DNA from: Mytilus trossulus | Lineage: Eukaryota | DNA length: 64,000 bases | Assembly (NCBI RefSeq): GCF_036588685.1 | Contig: NC_086377.1 | Location: forward strand, 15,128,001 to 15,192,000 | Reading direction: 5' to 3' | Shown here: positions 36,120 to 48,504 of the stretch, one piece after another | How the letters are laid out: each line of letters starts with the position of its first letter | Position numbering within the stretch: position 1 is the stretch's first letter | Translations under genes and position numbers: made by a program | Notes under the pieces: generated by a model | The model's database searches: none | What the model saw: the letters and a program-made list of their open reading frames with translations, nothing else | Told to the model about the DNA's origin: nothing

Positions 36120-36540
36120 TCAATTTTTTTTCTGGTATTGACACGTCAGATTTTTCGACTGGTCGACATCTAATCCTAAACTTGAACGTTTTATACAGTC
36201 TGAAGTTTTTGAAGATTTTGAATGATAGATATTACTGGTTACAGTTAAAATTGCAATTGTCATCGCTACAAGAATGGCACTCGTGAAAATCTTCATAACT
36301 TTAAGATGAAAATCTTTGTTGTTGTATATGGAATTAAGACTTGAGTATATGGTAGAAGTTTTTAACATAATATGCGTTGTTCCATTGTCTTCAATAAATT
36401 CCTGTCGTGATGTCAGTTTAGTTTCGATGAACAAGTTAGAATGATCATTATGAAGTTCAATTGACGTGTATATTAATAGGTCACAGTCGAGTAAACAAAT
36501 TACTGGTACGTATTGGAAACGTTGTTTTGCGGATACATTT
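36120..36540 (-). pseudogene. Orphan ORF with one TM segment
   Basis: IFTSAILVAMTIAILTVTSNIY; the frame is open upstream of the listed start. Confidence 0.35.
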
Positions 36541-36824
36541 TCTGTCTAACGTTAAACGAAGGGCGAAAATTGTTGTAACAATCCTAATTTTACACTACTA
36601 AACTTTAAATGTCTATACATAATCCATTCGAAATCAGATTCTGAGTTCCATTGAAGATTAAATAGATATATTTTTTTTTACTTTTTCATATTTTTTTTAA
36701 TGAAACTTGAATGGGACTTCTACGATAATGTTTAATAGGGAATAGCCTTTGCATATTAAAAGAATATACACTTCATGTTGCTTTAATGTGATAAACCATG
36801 TACTGCACTGAGCCGAACTTTTTC

Positions 36825-37050
36825 AGGAACAGTCGTTGTCCAAATTTCCCCCAGAAACTGTTGAGACACAGTTTGGCAAGACTACGTAAACCTGGATTTA
36901 CCTTGATGCTGTCGTAATCTAAGTTTTTGCCTTCATTTTCTGTATACAATCGAATGTATTCTCGTTTTTCTTCCTCCGTCCGACAGTGTTTGGGGAAACC
37001 ACTGGCTTCCTGTTTTATTTTAAGAAACAGCTGGACGTAGTCATTCATAT
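36825..37050 (-). pseudogene. polB: Internal fragment of second-lineage pPolB (motif B region)
   Basis: FLKIKQEASGFP...I..NPGLRSLAKLCLNSFWGKFGQR, the hallmark Polinton pPolB motif B. Confidence 0.9.
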
Positions 37051-37540
37051 ATCCGTTGACATCAACAGGACTTGGCGGCGGTTGTCTGAAACCATTCAGG
37101 CTAGGGTGTATACAAGATGCTGATTGTTTATAAGCAACTGCTTGAGGCTGAAGAAGTGCTGGTGGAAAAGCGTAGGCAAATGCACTTGAAGGCTGATAAG
37201 TTGTCGCCTTACTGGATGCTTCCTGCTGCTGAATCCTATGTGAAGACTCCTAATTAAAAAAACACATATAAAAGCGAAAGGTTCTGTACAGATTAAAAAG
37301 GGTCGTAAAATTTCAATTGAACGGAGAAAAGTTTAGAAGTTAAACAAATCAATAACTTACCTCGCATGGGCTGCTTTTTCTGCCGGGAAGACACTGCTCA
37401 GGGAATCAAGATCTCTTCGGATTGATAAAATGAAATCTAGTTCACCAAGTCCTAGACATATCCCATTAAAACGGGCCTTCCCGAACTTATTATCGTATAG
37501 ATCTAAATAGTAAAACTGTTCATGTTTCCTATAAACTAAG
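37051..37540 (-). pseudogene. 5'-truncated 2-exon PC4-like gene (exons ~37540-37361, 37250-37051) fused to the pPolB fragment
   Basis: LVYRKHEQFYYLDLYDNKFGKARFNGICLGLGELDFIL aligns with the 17017 gene; gtaag donor, tag acceptor, Q/P-rich exon 2. Confidence 0.6.
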
Positions 37541-37567
37541 GATTTATTAGTTCACTATACCTTATAA

Positions 37568-37783
37568 TCACACATGTTCCATATCCTTCTCCTCCTCACT
37601 TTCATCTTTGCTCATTTTATAGAACCCCTCACCCTCATCTTCAAAAAGTTCTAAAATAATGATATCTGCCTCCATTATTATCAGATTTAAATCATCATCT
37701 GACCAATAAACCTCATTCAGCATTTCCAGATAGTTGGGATCCATATTTATATACTCCTCATAATTTTCATTTTTATTTTCCAT
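37568..37783 (-). CDS. Small acidic protein, paralogue of 2529-2793
   Basis: MDPNYLEMLNEVYWSDDD...GFYKMS; flanking DNA 37547-38215 is homologous to 2490-3190 plus 5136-5185. Confidence 0.6.
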   Translation of the reverse strand: MENKNENYEEYINMDPNYLEMLNEVYWSDDDLNLIIMEADIIILELFEDEGEGFYKMSKDESEEEKDMEHV

Positions 37784-39065
37784 GTTTACTATGTTTTGAT
37801 TTAATATGATATTTGATAAAAATTATATTTTTGTTATATATATATTTTAAAAAACTATTAAAAAAGATGTTGCCATTTATTACTTAAAATAGACATGGGA
37901 GACAGGCAGCTATATTTGTCATTTTTATTATCCTTTTAAAGCTTCTTGAATTTTTTTTAATTATGTCAAAGGCTACTCCACAACAAACAGAAGTTGGATT
38001 ACCATTCCTATTACACATTTAATTATCTCTTCAGGAAAATACTGTTTACCTTGATTATGTCATATACATAGACTGGTTATATGAAGTGTGACATGACATG
38101 TTAATATAATAATTATCTTGTTAAAGAAGTCTATTAATTATTTATTGAACTAAATCTTATATTAGGAGGGAATTATTACCCCCACCTGCTTCCAAAATTT
38201 TATTAAGAGCTATACCAAATAACTTTATTTTGTAGAAATTATTCTCTATGGCTTATATGTATTCAGACCACAACGTAAATAATGTTCAAAGATGTTACGA
38301 ACTTATGTTTCCGAATATTACCATATATTCATAAGAAACTAAACAAATCTGATATATTTTAACATGTTATTATAACAATGATATACAAGTCTCTAGCTAA
38401 TCCATTTATACAAGTCTCTAGCTAATCCATCGGATGTTTTTATTTTATGTGTTGTTCACTATGGGCGTAGTGGCTTCAATATTTAGCGTCTCTGCATCGT
38501 CCAGTGTACATGAAGATAGTCTTAAAAAAAGGAATACATTTTGTAAATTTATTCCGTATATTTCATAATATAACTGGCAAATCCTCTAGCTTAGATCAGA
38601 TTAAAAAACAAAGGATGAGACCCGTAAGTTTTTACACAGTGAGTATAAAGAATACATCTAAAAATTATCTCTCTCGTGTGTTGTTCACACACAGAAATGC
38701 AAAATTGTTTTTGAGTAAATATATATATATAAGTACGTTTGAACAAGAGACAACTCAACGATAAATTGATTCATTGAATGACCAGTGAAAATAGAAAATT
38801 CTATCAAAAACAGTACTAAAACAAAGTGAGTATACCACTATGTATGAATGTGATAAATGATTACATATAATTATACAATAAAAGGATACAAGAAAATAAA
38901 AAAATATTTTTCTTAAATGATAGGAAGAATTTTTCTTCAAATTGTCAACAGGCAATTTCAAACTAAACGTGTCATTGACATGCTTTGACTTATTTTTGTT
39001 ACACTTAACAAGGTACTTGTTATAAGAACCACAGATATAATTATATTCCAAATTTACAATAAAAT

Positions 39066-41076
39066 TTAAAGATGCCCCACATTGGGCATGGAGCCCCATT
39101 GGTAACAGGGAGGTCTTTCTAGTGCCATGCCTTGGGAGGTTCGGAGAAAGGTCCTTCTTCTTCCTAGTCTTTGTCTGTTCTTCCTTCTCCTCAACCCTCA
39201 CTATCATAACTGATATGAAAGTGAGCAACACACCCACCACTGCACTGATGAGTTTTTCTGAAGAAAAAAATACTTATGATTATACACTACAGAGAGTTTA
39301 GTGTTTAAAAAATTAAACACTCAACTTTAAATAAAAATTTTCATTTTTTTTAAATGAACTTTCTATACTAATGTGTTGCATAAAATATGTTTCTTCTCCC
39401 CACCCTTCGTTTACCACTTTTAAAGCTTGTGCGTTTCTTATTAACCAAGAATATGCATTGCATGAAGGATTACTTTAACTTATCTTGTGCTACTTTGAAT
39501 GGAGAGTTGTCTCATAGACATTCATACTACAAATATTTTTTATATGTAAAGTACCTTTATTTTTTATATGTAAAGTACCTATGTTTTCACAAACCATATA
39601 TATATATATACCCATAAGGAAACTTTTCTAAAAATCTAATTTATCTCTCCATTCAAGTGTTGTCTCTACATGTTCAAACAGTGCAAAAAATAGTATTTTC
39701 CTGATCACTATATATATATGACTAGTTATACTAGTGAAATGAGAGTAGATGAACATTAAATTAGATCTTTAGTTTTCTCATTTGAATTGTTTTACATTGT
39801 TATTCCATGACCTGTTATAAATCAATATGTGGTATGGGTTTTACTCATTGAAGAAGGGTATATATGCTGACCTACAGTTCTTAATTTCTGTTTCATTTGG
39901 TCTCTTGTAGAGAAAATTGTCTGATAAGCAACCATACCCCGTCTTTTTTCTTATTGTCTCTTGATGTTTTCTTTAAATTCTTTTTACATTAATAACATAC
40001 CAAGAATTGACTCCTCACAGTTTGCAGTGGTGGGTAGGTGCTCATTGTGGTGCTTATGGTTGTCTTCATGTACCACAGGATACCATTTCACTTCTGGTTC
40101 CTCCTTCTTATCTTTTACATCATTAATCACTGTTACAAAATAAATAATAGGGAGAAATTAATACATGTTTTCATGTACTCATGATACACTAGAACAACCG
40201 GATGTTTAAAATGTAATCCGCGGTAACGTTTCAAAACATATGTAATCAAGTTCATTGATAAATATTACTTCTTCAATTATTTAGTTTACTTAACGGTTTG
40301 CCATTAAAAATTTAAAATAATAGTTTTAAGAAAAAATCTTGAATAAAATAAGTTGAATGATCCTTGATTGCACCTCTGAGCTTTTCCGACGTTTATCGAA
40401 GCGGAATGGGGATCATCTCAAGGTTTCATGAGGTGTTAATGTAACATGTCATCAATCTTTCGAAATTTTGTTTCAAATTTTGAAAACAATTACACACATC
40501 GGGCAGTTTTCTGTCATCGCTTGTATAGTGTGACAATATGCTTATAATTTGTAATTAAGAGAAACTTTATTCCAAATTTCAAATTTGGAAAAACATAATC
40601 ACAAAATATACTGTATCCTAAGCCATCTATTAGAAATTAAAAATCGATTTCGAATAAAACCTTGAAACATAAATATTCTTTTCAACAGGTAGGGGTACAG
40701 TATGATTATATGGACAGGAAGGTGGCAGGGTGCAAAAAAAAAAGGGGGGGTTAATAATTGATCAAAAAATAAGATACAATACATATTTGAATAAAGATAA
40801 AGATTCATAATAAGTCTTACTCCTGATCTGGCATCCTGATGTGGTAATGTAATGGCCAGGGTCCACTATCAGCCTTGTAAAGGTTGACCCACAGGTTACA
40901 TGCGTGATAAGGGTTCTAATTTTGACACATTGCACCCCCTTTCCACATCTAAGAACTGTTATGGAGCTTCTCACACAGTGCATTGACCCTCTTGGACAAT
41001 CATCATCCTGTCTAGTACTGTTGATGAGAGATACAATTAGAAAAATGGTCGAAACAAAAATGGTAAGGCGCGCCAT
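39066..41076 (-). pseudogene. 3-exon type-I membrane protein with Cys-rich ectodomain; exons 41076-40821, 40129-40001, 39257-~39066; one frameshift after the TM
   Basis: Signal peptide MARLTIFVSTIFLIVSLINS, 6 Cys, phase-1/phase-1 GT-AG introns, TM LISAVVGVLLTFISVMIV; the shifted frame gives LRRRKNR...RPPCY...stop. Confidence 0.65.
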
Positions 41077-41757
41077 TTTCTGTGGTTTCTGTAAAATACT
41101 AGGTGGGGCCAGTTTACGCGAGCCATGGGTAATAACGAAAAACCACGAGATATGTTGTTTTTTTAGCAATATATATTTAATAAGTAGTTTTTATATATAT
41201 GATATGATTTTTAAAATAAAAGTAAGAAAAAAGGATTTGATTATAGAAAAAAAAACATTCAAACTTTTTCCGACTACTTTTTTTTGCACTGAAAAAAAAA
41301 ATGACCCAGGTCACGTACTATAATTAAAACGCCCTAATTAAGTATGTTTTAATGCATCTGTTTAAGATATATTGTCACGACCTTTTTATGAGCCAAAAGA
41401 TAGATTGAAAAAATGCATGACCCATAAATCAAATTTAATTTAGGTTGATGTTCTTAATCTGTCATAGATGTTTAATGACAAAGGACATGAATGACAGCCG
41501 GGTGATAAAATGAGTGCATATCTAATCTAATATCTAATACAGCTGAAAAATTACAGTATTTCAAATTAAATAAAAACTCCCTGTTCAGAGAAAAGTAAGT
41601 TCTTTACATGATGACGATATTTATTTACAATCTTAAGAATTTCTTTTTTTTTTGCTGCAATAATTTAATTTAGTGCTGACAGCATAATTTAAATTACTTA
41701 CCTTCAGATGTGAAATAAATAACAACAACCAAAAATAGATTGTTTTTATTGATCTTG

Positions 41758-41970
41758 TTACGACTTCTTCAATTTTCTCATAACATATAATCCTAACATA
41801 TTCGACTCATGAAATACTCTGTCTAATATCTGTGAATGAACCATTCGTGTTTCGATGTGTATGAATGTCTCACTGTTCGTAGTTCTGATGAATCTGACCG
41901 GTATGAATCTGTCTATTTCAGATACAAGAAAAATGGCAGGAAATTTTAATACCTTTGATGAAGATTCCAT
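41758..41970 (-). CDS. Orphan 70-aa protein
   Basis: Clean ORF from MESSSK, preceded by a candidate splice acceptor; no family recognised. Confidence 0.3.
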   Translation of the reverse strand: MESSSKVLKFPAIFLVSEIDRFIPVRFIRTTNSETFIHIETRMVHSQILDRVFHESNMLGLYVMRKLKKS

Positions 41971-42131
41971 TTCAAAGTGGAGCAAGTAAGTATCTACCTA
42001 ATTTTTCCTTTGTTGAAATTATTTTGCACACATTCGTTTTACTCAACCTAAAGTTTCATTAATAATTAATTTAAAATTTTGAACGATTGAAACAATTTGT
42101 CTTTTCAATATCATAAAAAATACCGGCAGAA

Positions 42132-42488
42132 AAACGCTTGCTGAAGTGGGGCGTCCGTTTGGCTGTGCGGGATGTATCAAGTTCGCAGTCACGTCCGGTC
42201 AGAAGGGGGACGTTAAATCCGATGCCTCGTGTAAAGAGAGTCCCACGTTAAGAACCCTTGCAACAACTCCTTTGAGGGGTCCGTAGGTGGCCTGTTGCAA
42301 GGCAAAAATTTATGTCCCTATCCAATATACCCTCCTTTTCCGGTGGCAGTCAAAATTTCTCCGATCATCATCCCAGATGGCCTATATTGTATCAACCTAC
42401 CTATTGTATTTATTGTGAACTTGTTCTCGTCCTGAATATGCATGAAATATTTGCCACTGGACGTTAAGCAACCAACAATCAATCAATC
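42132..42488 (+). mobile_element. SINE with V-domain-like core, 5'-truncated
   Basis: ggacgttaaatccgatgcctcgtg...cacgttaagaaccc core; ends aagcaaccaac(aatc)n. Confidence 0.85.
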
Positions 42489-43390
42489 TTCTTCTTCTTC
42501 AGCCCTGTAAGTTTTGATTTACATGATTTTTGTTTATATTGTTGATTAGGCTTGTTTAAATGATTTTAATTCCTAGGTGTAAAATTCCTATAACGCTTAG
42601 ATTATTAGTGTGTACGTAGCATGAACTTTCCTAATGAATACTAGTACACTGGCGAATTTAGTGATGTATTGTTGTTACTGTTCTTTTTATGGGATGGAAC
42701 AGGAAATAGAAGATTAAGAAAGTATTAAGACATAAAAAAAAAAACGTTTACAATTGGCCCTAGGTAAAAAAATACCAGGTGTCTCAGATTAATATCTGTT
42801 GTAGAGTTGTTCTGACTCAGGCGTATTTAGATATATGTAAAATATTTATTTATATATGTAATTCATTTTTTTAGAAAAGATGGTAAAAACAAGAAAAGAG
42901 GGAGGGAAGAAGAAGAGGAAGATGGAGAAGAAGAGAAAGAGAATAAGAAAAAGATGTACTACTAAGTTCTTTTCCTGAATGAATACTAAAAGATCAAAAT
43001 GTTATATAAAAATACGATAAATGGATAAGAGAAAGTATGGAAAACTAAAATGTTTATGATACAATACAGAATAAAATAAAACCTCTGTTTTTGACTGATA
43101 ATCACGTACGTTGTATGTTATAGAATATAAAAGAATAGACAAAAAAAAACTAAACATCAAAAGTGCTTTCTTATCATCAAAATATTATATACGTAAATTT
43201 TATAGTGAATGGAGAGAAAAAATCTAGACAAATTAATATTGCACTTACATTATCCTCTAGGGACTTTAAGATTCTTTGTATTTTTAAGCAGAACCTTCAG
43301 CTATTTATACGGTTTTAGCATTTTAAAAATTGATGATTAGAGGTGTTGAATCAATGAAAAGGAATGCGGTGCTTAGATGATCCACTTTAC

Positions 43391-43532
43391 CTCATTTTTT
43401 TTCTGTTGAGAGATGGGTCTTTACTCCTAATGCCTGTATCTTTTTCTTTTCCTTTGTAGACCTCAATCCATCATTCCAGGCTTCTTCCAAGATAGCTAAG
43501 GTTGCATCAGAGATTATTTCTCTACTTCTCTT
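43391..43532 (-). pseudogene. Exon encoding helices 1-2 of a divergent (HDX-like) homeodomain
   Basis: cag acceptor, KRSREIISDATLAILEEAWNDGLRSTKEKKKIQALGVKTHLSTEK, gtaaag donor. Confidence 0.45.
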
Positions 43533-43569
43533 CTGGCATAATAAAAAAATAAATTCAAAGTATAAATGA

Positions 43570-43760
43570 ATTCTAGAGCTGTCTAAAATTGTAATGAACG
43601 AATTCCATTACAAAGTGGTGTTACCAAGGTACAAGGAAAACTTGAACTTAATGTTTACTGATACTGACAGCTTAGTGTATGAAATTTTCACTGAACATTT
43701 CTATGATGACATGGGAGAATTTCAACAATATTTTGACACCTCATATTACGAAGAAAGTTC
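43570..43760 (+). pseudogene. polB: Short pPolB fragment (motif C), same lineage as but distinct from 13069-16314
   Basis: ILELSKIVMNEFHY...LMFTDTDSLVYEIFTE.FYDDM...YFDTS aligns with 15528-15700. Confidence 0.88.
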
Positions 43761-44003
43761 ATGGCCAATCAGTGTATGATTCTGTTCTTAATTCTCATTA
43801 TATTAGACAGGGGTGTGGCAATTGAGCTATAATTTTTTTAGTTGACAATGATTGGCATGTAGGAATGCAGCTTTTACTTGGCAAGTGATGAAATTCACAA
43901 GTAATCAGACAATGATTAATGTGGACCCTGCTATAATTATTTGTCTAAACTTGAGAAGGAAAAAGTCAAGACTCTTACTAGATGTAAATTAAAAATAACA
44001 TAC

Positions 44004-45632
44004 CTTTGTCCATAAGATATAAAAACTTTCCAACTTTTGTAATTTCTTGAACAGCCAATGGACATTGGTAAACATGTTTATTGATTTCTTCTGAATGGCA
44101 CATGTGCCTATAAAAAGCCTGCCTGTCTGTCTCTGGTACATCCAAGTTTGCAAACACAGTTGACATGTAATGTCTCATTTGGGTGGCGTTAATCTCTTTT
44201 GTAAGCCCTGCCTGCTTACATACTTTGTTTACACTATTCCATCCATTGACATGAAAGTCTGAGCCTTTGATGTGTGGAAATACATATATATTACTAGGGT
44301 TTACACCTGCCATCTCTCTCATCTGTGGATCAGTAAGGTTTTTTTTATAGCTTTCCAAGAATCTTTGGGAATGAGCATTGGGAGCATATGGCACACACTG
44401 TTGCCAGACTGATATGACAATTTATATATTTCAAATAATTCAAGCTCCTCTGATGTTTTGGCTTTTTTCTTGTGGGTTTCAGATAATCAGACACCATCTT
44501 TTGCAGCATCCCATTCCTTTCTAGTAAGTCTACTTGGTTCTCCTCCCCGCTTGGCATTGAACAGTTTAATTCTGGCTACCACAAGATCTCTTAGCCGGGG
44601 ATATTCATTCATATCTAAAATCTTGTACGGGTCATCCATCTGTGCAATTCCAGTCAGAGTGTAATTCCGCAATCTTCTTACATCATCATCAAGAGGTAAA
44701 TAGTGTGGTCGTCTAAGGTTTTCCTGTCTATTCTTAATACAATTGTATTCAGCTCCATCGAATATCTCCTTTCTGTAGTAATCAAATAATGTTTTGAATT
44801 CCTCAATTTTTACCAGCTCATCTTTCTTACCCTGCAATAAATGCTGCCCTTTTATGTGGCTAATAACATTTTTCAAAAGATGACCTACATTTTTTTTTAA
44901 TCCAGATTTCATACCTCCATCTTCTTTTGTAGCCATCACATGGATAGCATCCATAAAAGTTGTAAAGTGTTCCATTTTAAACATGTCTAATGTTGCATTT
45001 ATGTCTTTGCCAATTTTAGCTGCCTCGCTTTTAAAACAAAAGAAAAGATTTGCTATCATCCTCATGTGCTTCATTATATTTTTTCTGTTCTGTGGGTTTT
45101 TGTCCTTCCTTGCTGCAAATCTTCTGTAATTGTGAAATCCAAAGTCTTTTAGGTATTTATCAGTTTTACAAAACTTTCCACTTGTATCATCCAAAAAGCC
45201 ACTTAAGATGTCTGCCTTATATTCTTCAGAGTAACCATCATCTCTAACAGCAGAAAGTGGAATTGCAGTCGGTGTAATTGTTGTTCCCTCTGCTGCTGTA
45301 CATTTGATTTGGTGAATCTTAAAGTGTTCTTTTACAAAATACCCCTGACATGAGGAACACATAGCCCTATTTTCCATCACATTTCCTTCCCTCTGTTTTC
45401 TTGCCTGCCTTTCCTTAACTATTTGATTCACATCAAAGTCCTCCTCTTTCATTAGCATCAAGTTGTACAGGTGATAGCCTCTCCTTTTCAAATTGCATAA
45501 AACCTGATTTCTGTCTTTTACTGGAAGCTGCTTTTACCTCATCGTTGTCTTTATGTTTAGTTAGAATATGCCTGCTTAATCGACTTTGAAATATACCACA
45601 AAAAGGACATGGTCTTTTTGGCTTTCTTGTTC
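44004..45632 (-). pseudogene. Tyrosine recombinase-like protein with N-terminal zinc fingers; disrupted exon
   Basis: CPFC...RHILTKH, CSSC...HQIKC; catalytic R in LFNAKRGGE, TQMRH, M(C)HS, HVYQ. Stop at 44487, frameshifts and an internal deletion; bounded by AG/GT splice sites. Confidence 0.75.
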
Positions 45633-45963
45633 CTTCAAAACAGAATAATAATAAATAAATACCAAATCATCAATATGAACTCAGACCAAACACAAGAATT
45701 ACCATAAGACCATGTTTTCCTCATTTGGAATCTATGCATTTTGTAGACTAGTTTTTTATATGATTTTGAAAAGTAACTAGCTGTGCTATGAGTGCCTGAT
45801 ACGCCCATCGCTTTTTCAAAGAAATATGTTCCACAACTCCTCAATGTCATATCAGATGTTCAGTAGAACTAATATATATATGTGCACAATGATGCACTCA
45901 CATTATCATATCAGAGGGAACACATAACTATATTAGTTTCAACCTGATTGGACTTCAACTTAA

Positions 45964-46540
45964 GGTGGTATGGGTGTCTTCCTCCATCTTGGATTGTAAA
46001 AAACAGAGAACCAAAGGTCCATATGTTCTATTAAGTTAGCAAACTTTGATGCAGGAATGCAGATATTTAATGTGAATTTTCATTTAAAAGAACCAATTTA
46101 TAAGATTAATAAATATTATTATTTTTGCAAATGTTGATTATTTTGGTTGTTTTTAAATTTTTTTCAAATTGGCATTTTAAGGGGAGGTAACTCTATAACA
46201 GTGCATTTTCTGAAGGATTCTACATGGAAATTTCCTATTTTGTATTTAAGCCGGGAAAAAGTGTGGTGACCATATCTTTTCTTTTGATATTCTCAAAGCA
46301 TTGTCTGAAAGCGATCTTTTCCTTAAGTATTTAACAATTTTATCATTTTGTTCAGTTTCTAATCACAAAAATTTCCTGTATAATCCATACAAAATTTGTT
46401 ATTTTGTCACGTCCTGTAGCTCAAAAAATGCACGGTGACCTATCATTTTTATTATATTTTTCAACATATATCAATAGATACTACGTTTTGGCAAAGAATG
46501 AACAAATTCTATCATTTTTATTTTAGACTCCCATACCACC
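45964..46540. mobile_element. Non-autonomous TTAA-target DNA transposon (Kolobok-like)
   Basis: TTAA TSD; TIRs ggtggtatgggtgtct / agactcccataccacc. Confidence 0.85.
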
Positions 46541-46929
46541 TTAATAAAAACTACCTTGACCAAAATCTTTAACCTGAAGCAGGACATACAGAAGGAAGGA
46601 GCGATGGACGGATGCATCTAGATAAAAAAAAACATAATGCCCCTAGGTGGGGCATAGAAAAATAAAGAGATGTTATTTTAAAACATAAACAGGCATATGA
46701 AAGTTATGGTGCTAATTTAATTAATTTTATAAAACATTTGTTAAACTGGTTTCTATGATTTTTAATTTTGCATTTTAAATGATACAATGATACAAATTTT
46801 AAAATTTATTTTATGAGACCAAAATAAGTCTCTTCATAAGAGGTCCCAGTCAATTGCATGCCACAGGTTTCACCGCATACAATTTCTGCCATGAGTAAAG
46901 ACAGCTTCGAATACGAGTTGAGAATTTTA

Positions 46930-47778
46930 TAGGCATTCATTTAGGAAAACCGTTAGGTTTACGTTTAAAACCACATTTAGCTTCTTTTGATTTAAAATCT
47001 GTTGCTCAAGTTCAAACTTGCAAATGTCCTCCATGGGAACTTCCCAAACCAAAAATGATATTTGATCTCTGTGAACACAATAAAAATAAAACAAATCCTC
47101 TTTTAATTCAGCAACACATTTTTGTCTATCGAACTGTGATATACCATATACTGATTTTAAATCTAATATTAGGGAATATGTTTTTAATATATTGAAAAAT
47201 AAATGGAGTAAAAAAGATGATAATAAATTGCATGAAATTAAACCTAATTTAGGCAAACCTTTTAATAATATTATGTGCAGAAAAGATCAGTGTGTTATTA
47301 CTTGATGCCGTATTGGTCATACTAGAATAACACACGAATATCTTTTAAAAAATGAAGATGAACCACAATGTGTTCCTTGCAACTGCAAGTATACTATTAA
47401 ACATGTTTTAATTAATTGTATTGACTTTGCTGATATTCGTAAGAAGCATTTCAATGTCAATAATATGTATGATTTATTTAATAATGTTCCATTTACAAAT
47501 ATTGTTGCTTTTTTAAAAGAAATTGGAATTTATTATAGAATATAAAATTGTTATTATATTTAAATCGATTTTAATTTTTATCACGTTATTTTACTGTTGA
47601 TTTTTATTTGTATATACTCAATTTGCTTTAGTCAAGAATTTTAGTATATTGAAGGACCTTTTGTCTTATTTTAAAAATATGCTTTAAATTGTAAAAATAG
47701 TCGAATTAGCTCTCGCCGCGATATAGCCTTTTTGTGCTAATGCGGCGTAAAGCAACCAACAATCAATCAATCAATCAA
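46930..47778 (+). mobile_element. Internally deleted I-group LINE 3' end with (AATC)n tail
   Basis: KPLGLR...PPWEL, then NKLHEIKP, RIGHTRITHEYLL, CVPC...KHVLINC; the tail gcggcgtaaagcaaccaac(aatc)n resembles the SINE tail. Confidence 0.8.
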
Positions 47779-47889
47779 TGAGAGAATGGAATACTATAGA
47801 GACATTATGAGACACCCTTTTGAAGCCAATGATGAGTTGATTAAGATTTCATTAAAATTTTCTGTATAGTTAAAGAGATGATAGAGCTT

Positions 47890-48053
47890 AAACTAGATAC
47901 CCCAAAGATGATTGTGGCCAAGTTTGGTTTGATTTGGCCCAGTAGTTTCAGAGGAGAAGATTTTTGTAAAAGTTAACGACGACGGACGACGACGACGGGC
48001 GTCAAGTGATGAGAAAATCTCACTTGGCCCTTCGGGCCTTGTGAGCTAAAAAA
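47890..48053 (-). mobile_element. HINE 5' fragment
   Basis: Reverse complement of 32068-32235. Confidence 0.8.
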
Positions 48054-48069
48054 GGTCATATTGATTCCA

Positions 48070-48476
48070 TTGGGTGACTGGGGTATAGAAATATGGTCTT
48101 CTCCCGACGGCAGTTAAACGCTTGCCGAAGTGGGGCGTTCGTTTGGCTGTGCTGGATATATCAAGTTCGCAGTCACGTCCGGTCAGAAGGGGACGTTAAA
48201 TCCGATGCCTCGTGTAAGGAGAGTGCCACGTTCTTTGTACGTTAATAACCCTTACAACAACTCTTTGAGAGGTCCGTAGGTGGCCTGTTGCAAGGCCAAA
48301 TTCCTATCCAATATACCCTCATTTTCTAGTGACAGTCTAAATTTTACCCGACTATCATTCCAGATGGCCTCTCTTGTATTAACCTACCTATTGTATTTAT
48401 TGTGAACTTGTTCTCGTCCTGAATATGCATGAAATATTTGCCACTGGACGTTAAGCAACCAACAATCAATCAATCA
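48070..48476 (+). mobile_element. SINE with V-domain-like core (copy 1 of a tandem pair)
   Basis: Same family as 42132-42488. Confidence 0.85.
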
Positions 48477-48504
48477 TCCATTCGTTTGATGTGTTTGAAC
48501 CCTC

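Noticed and set aside
38755-39065. Long C-terminal extension of ORF 38755-39240
   Set aside because: Read-through into AT-rich 3' sequence after a frameshift; the alternative frame gives a typical basic tail and stop
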